Positions 1 to 7,686 of a stretch of DNA of 27,152 bases are shown piece by piece (positions within the stretch are counted from its first letter, which is position 1; every line of letters begins with the position of its first letter). The notes beneath the pieces are model-generated. The model was not told the DNA's origin, ran no database searches, and saw only the letters and a program-made list of their open reading frames with translations. The DNA lies in assembly GCA_034723395.1 (NCBI GenBank), contig JAYEOW010000045.1:1-27152 (forward strand), in the 5' to 3' direction. The stretch is from Candidatus Margulisiibacteriota bacterium (GTDB lineage: Bacteria > Margulisbacteria > WOR-1 > O2-12-FULL-45-9). The translations under genes and the position numbers were made by a program.

Positions 1-72
1 TATTATCCCCTACCTAAAAGCCACCCCTGGAGAAGATTCAGCGTATCAAGAAGGAGGTTTGTTCATGCTTAA
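1..72 (+). CDS. C-terminal end of an ISNCY/IS1202-family transposase (partial, starts before window)
   Basis: Frame +1 reads YYPLPKSHPWRRFSVSRRRFVHA* (TAA 70-72). The P..HPWR tail is typical of these transposases, and an IS-end structure follows directly. Confidence 0.75.
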   Translation, partial: YYPLPKSHPWRRFSVSRRRFVHA

Positions 73-126
73 AAACCGGACATTTTCATTTTGCTAAGAA
101 CCGGACATTTTTACTTTGCCTTGACA
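1..126 (+). mobile_element. Right end of an IS1202-family (ISNCY) insertion sequence
   Basis: Two copies of AACCGGACATTTT(c/t)...TTTGC at 74-94 and 99-119 (25-bp period), ending in TTGACA at 121-126, i.e. a 5'-TGT...ACA-3' terminus with repeated transposase-binding sites. Confidence 0.8.
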
Positions 127-145
127 GCAGTTATCTATAACCATT

Positions 146-246
146 CCTCACCCCTTTCTTCGCCTTCGGCGAATTCATTCCCCTCTCCATCAAAGATGGA
201 GAGGGGTGTCCCGAGCGAGCGGAGCGAGTCGAGGGACGGGGTGAGG
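146..246. repeat. REP/CIR-like multi-hairpin palindromic element, copy 1
   Basis: Terminal IR CCTCACCCC (146-154)/GGGGTGAGG (238-246). Internal hairpins TTCGCC-ttc-GGCGAA (159-173), CCCCTCTCCATC-aaa-GATGGAGAGGGG (180-206) and GTCCC...GGGAC (208-237). Confidence 0.85.
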
Positions 247-261
247 TTATGATCGTCTACA

Positions 262-270
262 TGCTATAAT
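262..270 (+). promoter_or_regulatory. Extended -10 promoter, probable leaderless transcript
   Basis: TGCTATAAT ends 5 nt before ATG 276; no SD. Confidence 0.65.
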
Positions 271-275
271 AAGTC

Positions 276-1649
276 ATGCTCACCAAAACCGATCCCGATA
301 TAATCAAAGGATATCTCGAAGATAGCTCCAACCTCTCCGGCGGGCACGCTGAGGGAGTTTACATTCCTGAAAACGAAAAAGATATCCGGGAGATCATCAC
401 CCGGAGAAATCAGTTAACTGTTTCCGCGGGGGAAACGGGAACAACTGGCGGCTGTATCCCCTTCGGCGGCTGGGTCGTCTCGATGCAGAGACTAAATAAG
501 ATCATCGATATTAATCCCAAGGAAAAATACGCGATCGTAGAACCTGGAGTAAGCCTGGAAGAGATCGAAAAAGCGGTGGCGAAAGAAAACCTGCTCTATG
601 CTCCCGATCCTACCGAAAAAAAGGCAACCATCGGTGGTAACGTCGCCACCAACGCCTCCGGCGGCCGCGGCTACCGATTCGGCTCCACTCGAGACCATAT
701 CCGCCGTCTGAAGATCGTCACTCCAAAGGGGGAAATATTAAATCTTAGAAGAGAAAAGGCATTCTCGCGTGATCCTTTAAAAAATTCAGCCGGGTATTAT
801 TCTAAGCCCGGGATGGAGCAAATTGATCTTTTCATCGGTATGGAAGGAACACTTGGCATAGTTTCAGAAGTCGAAATCGCCCTCGTCCCTGCCCTGCAGG
901 AAACCTTTGACATCGTCGCCTTCTTCCCAAGCGAAGAATTAGCGGTCGATTTTGTTCTGGAAGCCAAAAAGAAAAAAGACCCGACGGTCAACTTCTTCGA
1001 GTACTTTGACGAGAACACCCTTCAAATGCTAAGGCCCGCCTACTCTCACATTCCCGAAGACGCTAAAGCGGCGGTTTATATTGAACAAGAAATCACAGCA
1101 GAGAATGAAAATAATTATCTCGATGACTGGGCAAAGCTTTTAGAAAAATATAAAGTGGACATCGATTCGTGCTGGCTGGGGATCGAACCCGACCAGAAAG
1201 AAGATCTCAAGAAGTTTCGTCACGCGATTCCGGAGCATATTAACGAACTTTACAAGCAAGAGGGAATAGTCAAAATGGCCTCCGACATCGCCGTGCCCAC
1301 GGATAAATTTAAAGAGATGTACGATTTTTATAACTTACAACTAACAACTTACAACTTACAACTATTTCATATAAAGTTTGGTCATATCGGGGAGAATCAT
1401 CTGCATGTAAATCTATTGCCCAAGACAGAGGAAGAAAAGAAAATCGCCAAGGATATAATAATGAAATACGTAAAAAAAGGAATTAGTCTCGGCGGAACAG
1501 TCTCCGCTGAACATGGAATCGGAAAGATCAAGCATCAATATTTAAAAGAGATGTATGGTGAGGCTGGGATTAATGAAATGATTCAAATTAAGAAAGATTT
1601 TGACCCAAGATTTATTCTTAATCGGGGAAATATATTCAACCCGCCTTGA
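276..1649 (+). CDS. FAD-binding oxidoreductase, GlcD/D-lactate dehydrogenase family
   Basis: PDP...ATIGGNVATNASG, LFIGMEGTLG, FGHIGENHLHVN, SAEHGIG and FDP..ILN.G motifs. Confidence 0.92.
   Translation: MLTKTDPDIIKGYLEDSSNLSGGHAEGVYIPENEKDIREIITRRNQLTVSAGETGTTGGCIPFGGWVVSMQRLNKIIDINPKEKYAIVEPGVSLEEIEKAVAKENLLYAPDPTEKKATIGGNVATNASGGRGYRFGSTRDHIRRLKIVTPKGEILNLRREKAFSRDPLKNSAGYYSKPGMEQIDLFIGMEGTLGIVSEVEIALVPALQETFDIVAFFPSEELAVDFVLEAKKKKDPTVNFFEYFDENTLQMLRPAYSHIPEDAKAAVYIEQEITAENENNYLDDWAKLLEKYKVDIDSCWLGIEPDQKEDLKKFRHAIPEHINELYKQEGIVKMASDIAVPTDKFKEMYDFYNLQLTTYNLQLFHIKFGHIGENHLHVNLLPKTEEEKKIAKDIIMKYVKKGISLGGTVSAEHGIGKIKHQYLKEMYGEAGINEMIQIKKDFDPRFILNRGNIFNPP
1331..1365 (+). repeat. Intragenic heptamer tandem array, 5 units of YAACTWW
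   Basis: taactta caactaa caactta caactta caactat, translated as YNLQLTTYNLQL. Confidence 0.85.
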
Positions 1650-1674
1650 CAACAATAATATAGGCGTATAACCT
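1646..1674 (+). promoter_or_regulatory. Sigma70-type promoter, probable leaderless transcript
   Basis: TTGACA (1646-1651), 17 bp, TAACCT (1669-1674), 7 nt, ATG 1682. Confidence 0.6.
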
Positions 1675-1681
1675 TATGCAT

Positions 1682-2164
1682 ATGGAAATTGGTCCTCTTA
1701 AACAATCGCAGATAGAAACGATCGAGCTAATGGCAAGAAATGAAGAGACACTCGCTTCGCTCTACAATATTTATGCAAAAAAGTTTCCTGAACATGAATT
1801 TTTTTGGTCTGATTTATCGAAAGATGAAACCTCTCATGCTAACTGGATCCGTCTTTTCCTGGAAAAGTTCAAGCAGGGAGAAATAACTTACAACAAAAAC
1901 CGATTTAAAAAAGAAGCGATAAAAACATTTACGGAATATCTGGAAAAAAACATAGGGAAAGCCAAAAGCGGAGAAATAAATATAATTGGAGCACTTTCGA
2001 TCGCGCTTGATATTGAAAAAGCACTGATCGAAAAGGATTTTTTTGAAATAATGGAGAAGGATTCGGAATCGATGCAACAAACATTTGCCAGCCTTGAATC
2101 GGCCACTAAGATCCACCGCGATAAAGTAGCCAGTCTTATTGACAGTTTAAAAAATTCGTCCTAA
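1682..2164 (+). CDS. Ferritin-like/rubrerythrin-family diiron four-helix bundle protein
   Basis: E...Y, DETSH, ALDIEKAL and TKIH pattern. Start is ATG 1682 (fits promoter) or 1676. Confidence 0.75.
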   Translation: MEIGPLKQSQIETIELMARNEETLASLYNIYAKKFPEHEFFWSDLSKDETSHANWIRLFLEKFKQGEITYNKNRFKKEAIKTFTEYLEKNIGKAKSGEINIIGALSIALDIEKALIEKDFFEIMEKDSESMQQTFASLESATKIHRDKVASLIDSLKNSS

Positions 2165-2769
2165 TACGCCCGCCGCCTAAAACGCATCGGATTGATCCGT
2201 TCTGCCCCGCTCATCTCCAGAACATGGCTAAACAAAACATATTGCATCCGTGTTTGAAGTAGGATATTTCCAAGCACTTCCTTAGCAACTCTATCTTCGG
2301 CATTCGCAATTAATCGTTCATACTTTGGGATCAGCTCTTCTTCGAGCTTCATTGCGCTCTTATATGCTTCTCTTAAGTTCTTCGATTTTACTACCGGGAA
2401 GGATTGGGCTTCGGGAGAAATTCCATATGCATTAAACAACTCTCTGATCCAAATAATGTGATTCTCCTCTTGTGGAATTACCATGTTATAGGGCATCTCC
2501 ACTTTAAACTTCTTTTTGTCTGCTTCGTATTGTTTTTTTGCGTACTCTTCGTCAACTAATACCTTCTCCAAAGTTAATATCCACTTGTCGCTCTTTGGGG
2601 CATTAATCTCGTCGGGAACCGCTTTATAATATGGGTATCCCCCATCCCAATCCTGCCCGCAGAGCGGGCAGCGATCGTTACTTTTCCATTTCCACATCAT
2701 AGCAGGGCCCTGGGCGAAAACTTGGCCTGAAATCAAGGTAAGCAATAATAATCCCAGCAAAATTCTCAT
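2161..2769 (-). CDS. Exported ferritin-like protein (DUF2202-like) with an N-terminal CxxC
   Basis: Signal peptide MRILLGLLLLTLISGQVFA, then CPLCG, DEEYAK..Y, QEENH and MKLEEE...Y. Confidence 0.65.
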   Translation of the reverse strand: MRILLGLLLLTLISGQVFAQGPAMMWKWKSNDRCPLCGQDWDGGYPYYKAVPDEINAPKSDKWILTLEKVLVDEEYAKKQYEADKKKFKVEMPYNMVIPQEENHIIWIRELFNAYGISPEAQSFPVVKSKNLREAYKSAMKLEEELIPKYERLIANAEDRVAKEVLGNILLQTRMQYVLFSHVLEMSGAERINPMRFRRRAY

Positions 2770-2815
2770 TATTTATTATTATAACCTTATTGATTTACCC
2801 TACGCAAGTTGCAGC

Positions 2816-2866
2816 TTGACATTGAGATAACAAAGCGTATAATCTTTATCAAATTTCCTTAGGAGG
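2816..2866 (+). promoter_or_regulatory. Consensus sigma70 promoter and SD for the lipoprotein gene
   Basis: TTGACA (2816-2821), 16 bp, TATAAT (2838-2843); AGGAGG at 2861-2866; ATG 2874. Confidence 0.75.
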
Positions 2867-2873
2867 AGTTGTT

Positions 2874-3896
2874 ATGAGAAAGACGATCTTATTTGTTTTA
2901 TTGCTTCTAGTTCCGTTCTTAGCTACCGCCCTACTTTTTGGATGTGGACAATCCACTTCTACAACGACCACAACAACACTACCCAGCGTTAGTACTGACA
3001 CAGTAAACAAAAGTAAGGCCGGCGCCTTTTTTGCATCATCTGGCAACAGTATGGCCGGGATGGCTTCCGATAGCAAAGTAAGTGTATCCTCGGCCTCCGT
3101 ATCGTCCATCCGTGCCGCCTCTTCAGGTCCTCCAAGCTCATTTTACAACACCTTGACCGACGTAAACGGTTATGTTTCTGTCCAAGGTTTCCACAGCAGC
3201 GAATCGGTTAGCGTAAGATATATAACTGAGGGTGGAACGCCGGTTACCCCCTCCTATCTGGCTAGCAAAGCAATTGCCATCCTGGGAAATTTTGATTGGG
3301 ATACAATCTTAACTGGAGCTGAACCTACCGCGGGACAGATATCCTCTTTCATTTCGAATCTAACTTATGCCACAGCAGAGAGCCTCGCCGATTATTTAAT
3401 CTGGTCAAACGTCGCCGGTGATGTAGAAAATGGGGTTCGCATGGATCCCACTGTCAATGCCGCATTAGGAAGCAATCATTTCACCAATCCTACCCCCGAA
3501 GCTTCGGACCTGGCTGGCATGATGGAGGGGGTTGTTGTTATTTCCGGCGGATATGCTACCGGGAATATGAGCATGAATATATCCCTAACTTCTGACGCCA
3601 ATCAATATGCAGTTCCCAATGGAGCGACTGGCTCGGGAACCTTAGAAGTAAACTCAGTAACCTTAGATGCAACTATGGAAGTTACTTTTACATCAGAGGG
3701 AAGCAACGAATCGTTAAGTATCACTGGCACCACCAACGATAATAATACGGTATCAATTAATTGTGTTGCCGACGGATCCGGCACGGGGACGATCAAGGAT
3801 TCAAATGGTACCGCCATTGCCACTATGGAAATCACCACTGCGGGGCAAGTAACTGTAACCGATTCGCAAGGAAGTCAATCGACTTACGACTTGTAA
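2874..3896 (+). CDS. Ser/Thr-rich surface lipoprotein of unknown function
   Basis: Hydrophobic leader with lipobox LFGC, poly-Thr linker, beta-rich C-terminus, strong SD and a downstream terminator. Confidence 0.8.
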   Translation: MRKTILFVLLLLVPFLATALLFGCGQSTSTTTTTTLPSVSTDTVNKSKAGAFFASSGNSMAGMASDSKVSVSSASVSSIRAASSGPPSSFYNTLTDVNGYVSVQGFHSSESVSVRYITEGGTPVTPSYLASKAIAILGNFDWDTILTGAEPTAGQISSFISNLTYATAESLADYLIWSNVAGDVENGVRMDPTVNAALGSNHFTNPTPEASDLAGMMEGVVVISGGYATGNMSMNISLTSDANQYAVPNGATGSGTLEVNSVTLDATMEVTFTSEGSNESLSITGTTNDNNTVSINCVADGSGTGTIKDSNGTAIATMEITTAGQVTVTDSQGSQSTYDL

Positions 3897-3914
3897 AGAT
3901 TGCCTAGCAAAACT

Positions 3915-3951
3915 AAAGCCCCGGTCAATGATATATTGACTGGGGCTTTTT
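3915..3951. terminator. Intrinsic terminator, probably bidirectional
   Basis: AAAGCCCCGGTCAAT-gatat-ATTGACTGGGGCTTT followed by more T, between the convergent lipoprotein gene and the tRNA. Confidence 0.85.
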
Positions 3952-3965
3952 GTATAAAAAAGAAA

Positions 3966-4037
3966 CTCCCCGAGCTGGACTCGAACCAGCAACACCCTGA
4001 TTAACAGTCAGGTGCTCTACCATTGAGCTATCGGGGA
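3966..4037 (-). tRNA. tRNA-Asn(GTT); CCA not encoded
   Basis: TCCCCGATAGCTCAATGGTAGAGCACCTGACT-GTT-AATCAGGGTGTTGCTGGTTCGAGTCCAGCTCGGGGAG forms a full cloverleaf with a TTCGA T-loop. Confidence 0.97.
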
Positions 4038-4160
4038 ATAACTACTGTTTAGATTCTATCAATTTTAACTTTTTTTGTCTACTATAGCCTTTACTTCTAA
4101 ACGCGTCATACTCTTTGCAAACTCCCCAATCGCCCCCCTGAATAAAGAGTAATATTTTAC

Positions 4161-4188
4161 TGAAATCGCCCTAATTTTTATCCGATAT
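4161..4188 (+). promoter_or_regulatory. Sigma28-like promoter motif, copy 1
   Basis: TGAAAT-cgccctaatttttatc-CGATAT; same motif and spacing at 16703 and 21740. Confidence 0.7.
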
Positions 4189-4197
4189 ATATATAAG

Positions 4198-5070
4198 ATG
4201 CTTAAAACTGTTCACTGCATAATCCATCCCTTTTACCGGAAAGGGGCTGAAAAACTAATGCCCTACTACAAAAAACTGGTGGAACGGGTAAAGAACGACA
4301 AAACCGCCCATCTGGTCTTCTGGGCGCAAGCGCCTCATCCCATAAAACCTCTGATTGAAGTAAAAAAAGTTAACCAAACAGGCCCCGACCGTGCGGCAAA
4401 CCTTGAGCATCAACTTCTTTTACACATTGCAAATACCCTTGTCTGCGAGCCACAGCGCGTTTCATTTTTAATTGAGGATAAGGAGGTCCATTTTTCGAGC
4501 ATTGACCCGCAGCTCATGCGCATGCCCCATCTTCCCGACATGACGCAAATGATTGCTAGTAACGGCCCCCATGCATATTATTCTACCGATCTTTCAATTG
4601 CTTACCACAAGTGGACGGAAGACAGCCCTATTTGCATGCGCTACTCTCCCGGATCTAAAGCAGCAGTAATAGATGACAAAGATTACATAATGTTCACCAT
4701 CCCTAAAGAATTAAGAAAAATAATGCATAGATTGTTTTTTAACGGGGTCGAAGTAAGCCTTAACGGCCGGGAAAGATGGTTGCACGACGGCCAGAGAGAT
4801 GCAAGCAGCGTAGAACTGATCGGCCATGGAACTTTATTAGCCAGATGCGTTTTAGAGAACACCACAGCGATCGCTTTAACCCTGGGGATCCCCCTGCAAA
4901 ACATCGAAATAAGCTTGGAGCAAAACGAATATTGGCGGCCCGATGGATGGCTTAATTACCACCATATTTCGCCAGATCAGCTGTCTCACCCTTTTAGGCA
5001 AAATATCGGTACCATAGGAAGAAGGCTCGCTGGACATTGGGAACTTTTTCCGGATGTTACGAGAGCATAG
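4198..5070 (+). CDS. Hypothetical protein, possibly isochorismatase-like cysteine hydrolase fold
   Basis: 290-aa ORF fills the gap between the tRNA and mscS. VELIGHGTLLARCVLENT loosely resembles the G....CV..T nucleophile region. Confidence 0.65.
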   Translation: MLKTVHCIIHPFYRKGAEKLMPYYKKLVERVKNDKTAHLVFWAQAPHPIKPLIEVKKVNQTGPDRAANLEHQLLLHIANTLVCEPQRVSFLIEDKEVHFSSIDPQLMRMPHLPDMTQMIASNGPHAYYSTDLSIAYHKWTEDSPICMRYSPGSKAAVIDDKDYIMFTIPKELRKIMHRLFFNGVEVSLNGRERWLHDGQRDASSVELIGHGTLLARCVLENTTAIALTLGIPLQNIEISLEQNEYWRPDGWLNYHHISPDQLSHPFRQNIGTIGRRLAGHWELFPDVTRA

Positions 5071-5078
5071 CCCAACAT

Positions 5079-6710
5079 TTACCCTCTATTTTCCGGCGAG
5101 TTCTTAAATATAATCACCTGTCTCGCAAACGGGATCTCGATCCCTTCGAGATCGAACGCCTCTTTGATCATCTTTCGATAATCGCGTGCAACCTCTAAGT
5201 GGCGGCCGGGCTTTACCCTTGTAGTTGTACGGATCGTAAGCTCGGACTCACCAAAATTATCCAACCCTTGAACAACCGTCGGCTCGATCACATCCGGATT
5301 CTTCTCTTTTAACTTTTCTCCGGTCTTTCTTAATACCCGATAAACTTGATCGAGTTCCGAATCGTAAGCTACCCCGACTTCCACAACCGCGTAAGTGTAG
5401 CTCTTTGAATAATTAATGATTTTCCCCATCAAACCGTTGCGTATAATATGTAATTGCCCATTTGGATCGCGAATTCTAGTGGTCCGTATATCGATCCCCT
5501 CCACCTTTCCCCGCGCGTCTTCGCTCTCGATATAATCGTTCACCAGATAGATATTCTCAAAAAGGATAAAGAACCCGGATACCAGGTCGTTGATCAGCGA
5601 CTGCGCCCCCAGGCCGACCACGATACCGACGATCCCCGCCCCGGCAAGGATGGCAGCCGGATTGATATCAAAGGATCTCAACATTAGAACAAAAGCTATA
5701 AAAAAGATCGAATATTTACTGACGCTTTTTACCAGCGGGAGGACGGTGAGCTGCCGCTGCCGGTCGGTCTCGGTCACATTATCGTGCTTCACAAAAAACT
5801 TATCGGCAATCAACCCCGAAAGGACGACCGCTGCCCGGGCCAAAAAGAAGATCCCGATAACTTGCACGATCTTAGGGCCGTATTTCGCCAACGGAGCGAC
5901 AAACTCAACCTGCATGACAACCAGCGTTGCTACGGTCACGTAAATGATGTATTCGAGGGAGCTGCGGAACAGCGGCACTAATTCACGGACATGTTCATAA
6001 AAACTCAAGAAATTATCCGGGCTCGAATATTTGACGCTCAAAGCATCCAGGCTGTCGACGATCACCGCCACCGAGCCGACGGCGAGCGAGCCAAGCGAAA
6101 TAATTATATAGACCTTAAAGATCAAAAATAAATATGGGGATAGAAATGAGAGGTACGGCAGGGTCCAGACCGCAAAGACAAACACCAGCAGCCAGATGCC
6201 GTTGGCCATGATCCGGCTTAACGAATGGGAAAAAAGCTCGATGCTCTCGTCATTTGCCTTGATCCCCTCCCAGGCCTTCGCCCTCGCCTCCACATTGTTC
6301 AATACTTTCCGGAGAATACGGACAGCAACCGTTGCCAATATAATTACGCCGATTATCTTGGCAATCCCAATCCCGAATTCGATCCAGACATCGGTCGGTA
6401 TCTTTAAAAGCAGCAGCTGATGGTATGCCAACAAACCTTCCTCCTGGTGTTTATAGATCAAAAAAGCGTTGAATCCAGCCAGCGCCAGAGATATTGCAAA
6501 GCAAAGGAAGACCAATATCCATTTAATATTTTGCCTAATTGTCTCGAACTTATCCTTTAATTTTTTCACAAACGGGATCGTATAAAACATCTTAAAGCCG
6601 AGATAGATCAGGAAATTGATAAAGATAAATAAGATAATGAGCAAAACAACTTCGGCTCCTACCAATCCCAAGTCCATTAAAAGAGTTTCGCTGTTTAGAA
6701 AGTCTGCCAT
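5079..6710 (-). CDS. Mechanosensitive ion channel, MscS family, with extended TM region
   Basis: AGAGIVGIVVGLGAQSLINDLVSGFFILFE, G.VE.I.IRTT.IR and GIEIPF motifs. Start moved to ATG 6710 (MADFLN), since the longer ORF overlaps dusB. Confidence 0.93.
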   Translation of the reverse strand: MADFLNSETLLMDLGLVGAEVVLLIILFIFINFLIYLGFKMFYTIPFVKKLKDKFETIRQNIKWILVFLCFAISLALAGFNAFLIYKHQEEGLLAYHQLLLLKIPTDVWIEFGIGIAKIIGVIILATVAVRILRKVLNNVEARAKAWEGIKANDESIELFSHSLSRIMANGIWLLVFVFAVWTLPYLSFLSPYLFLIFKVYIIISLGSLAVGSVAVIVDSLDALSVKYSSPDNFLSFYEHVRELVPLFRSSLEYIIYVTVATLVVMQVEFVAPLAKYGPKIVQVIGIFFLARAAVVLSGLIADKFFVKHDNVTETDRQRQLTVLPLVKSVSKYSIFFIAFVLMLRSFDINPAAILAGAGIVGIVVGLGAQSLINDLVSGFFILFENIYLVNDYIESEDARGKVEGIDIRTTRIRDPNGQLHIIRNGLMGKIINYSKSYTYAVVEVGVAYDSELDQVYRVLRKTGEKLKEKNPDVIEPTVVQGLDNFGESELTIRTTTRVKPGRHLEVARDYRKMIKEAFDLEGIEIPFARQVIIFKNSPENRG

Positions 6711-6726
6711 GTTATAATTATAACAT
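6709..6726. promoter_or_regulatory. Palindromic bidirectional extended -10 promoter
   Basis: ATGTTATAATTATAACAT is a perfect 18-bp palindrome giving TGTTATAAT on both strands, 8 nt from the dusB ATG and 6 nt from the mscS ATG. Confidence 0.75.
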
Positions 6727-7686
6727 ATGTTAAAAGAAAAGATTATCCTCGCCCCATTAGCCGGCTGTTCGGACCTGGCTTTCCGGCTGATCGCCCGCGA
6801 GCACAGCTGCAAATTTGCATTTTATGAAATGTCGGATGCAAATGCACTGGTCCACAACAATAATCCGCATAAAACACTGCGAATGCTGCAGACTCATCGT
6901 AAAGATAAGCCGATCGCCGCCCAGATCCTCGGCGGCGATCCTGACCGAACACTAAAAGCCTCTGAGATACTTTTGAGCGGCTGTAAACCCAAATTCCTCG
7001 ATATCAATGCCGCCTGCCCGGCGAGAAAAGTGATCAAGAAACGGGCCGGCGCCCATCTTTTACGCGAGCCAAAAATGCTCTACAAGATTATTCATACCCT
7101 CTCTCGATCTTTAACTTTACCGATTACGGTTAAGATAAGAACTGGATATTCTACAACTGATATAAAAGAGATCACGACGATTGCGAAGCACTGCCAAAAA
7201 GCGGGCGCCTCTATCCTCTTTGTCCACGGGAGGACAATGAAACAGCAGTACTCGGGAGTGGTTGATTATAAAGCGATCAAGGCGATCAAAAAGGCAGTCG
7301 ATATTCCAGTCTATGGATCGGGAGATATCTTGACTCCACAACTGGCCGAAAAAATGCTCAATGAAACCGGCTGTGACGGGATGCTGGTCGCTCGGGGAGC
7401 ATTAGGAAATCCGTGGATCTTTAAAAATATCGAAAACTATTTAAAAGGGAAGAAGATTAAGGAGCCAACTTTTAAGGATAGGATAAAGGTTTTAAAAAAA
7501 CATCTCGCCTATCTCGAAAAATATATGGATTACAGCACAAACAGCAAGATCGGCCATATGCGCAAGGTCGCAATCTGGTATATGCGCGGCCTTCCGCAAG
7601 CTACCGAACTGCGCAGAATTATCGGCGCGACTCACTCGGAAAAGGCGTTGATCTCCAATACCTTACGCGCAATGTTATTGGCGTGA
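6727..7686 (+). CDS. dusB: tRNA-dihydrouridine synthase
   Basis: LAPLAG.SD.AFR, DINAACP, TVKIRTG, VHGRT, GSGDI and DGMLVARGALGNPW motifs. Confidence 0.93.
   Translation: MLKEKIILAPLAGCSDLAFRLIAREHSCKFAFYEMSDANALVHNNNPHKTLRMLQTHRKDKPIAAQILGGDPDRTLKASEILLSGCKPKFLDINAACPARKVIKKRAGAHLLREPKMLYKIIHTLSRSLTLPITVKIRTGYSTTDIKEITTIAKHCQKAGASILFVHGRTMKQQYSGVVDYKAIKAIKKAVDIPVYGSGDILTPQLAEKMLNETGCDGMLVARGALGNPWIFKNIENYLKGKKIKEPTFKDRIKVLKKHLAYLEKYMDYSTNSKIGHMRKVAIWYMRGLPQATELRRIIGATHSEKALISNTLRAMLLA

Noticed and set aside
74..119. Direct repeats as a mini-CRISPR
   Set aside because: Only two copies with a 25-bp period and no spacer; these are IS terminal binding sites.
121..150. Outward-facing TTGACA of the IS forming a hybrid promoter
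   Set aside because: No -10 at 16-18 bp; the nearby TATAAC is too close.
130..257. A dif-like site (ATAA...TTAT) split by the palindromic element
   Set aside because: ATAAC/GTTAT is more simply an imperfect extension of the element's own IR, and the right arm does not match XerD.
3801..3995. 64-aa minus-strand ORF
   Set aside because: Overlaps the tRNA, the terminator and the lipoprotein 3' end.
3966..5070. tRNA-anchored genomic island
   Set aside because: No integrase or duplicated tRNA 3' end seen, and the orphan lies on the tRNA's 5' side.
6707..6735. dif-like look of ...TTATAA-TTATAAC-ATATGTTAAAA
   Set aside because: Spacer is 7 bp rather than 6 and the arms overlap both start codons; better explained as a bidirectional promoter.
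6711..6812. ORF-track N-terminal extension of mscS (likewise 10208-10258 and 26250-26267)
   Set aside because: The extensions overlap neighbouring genes or promoters; downstream ATGs fit better.
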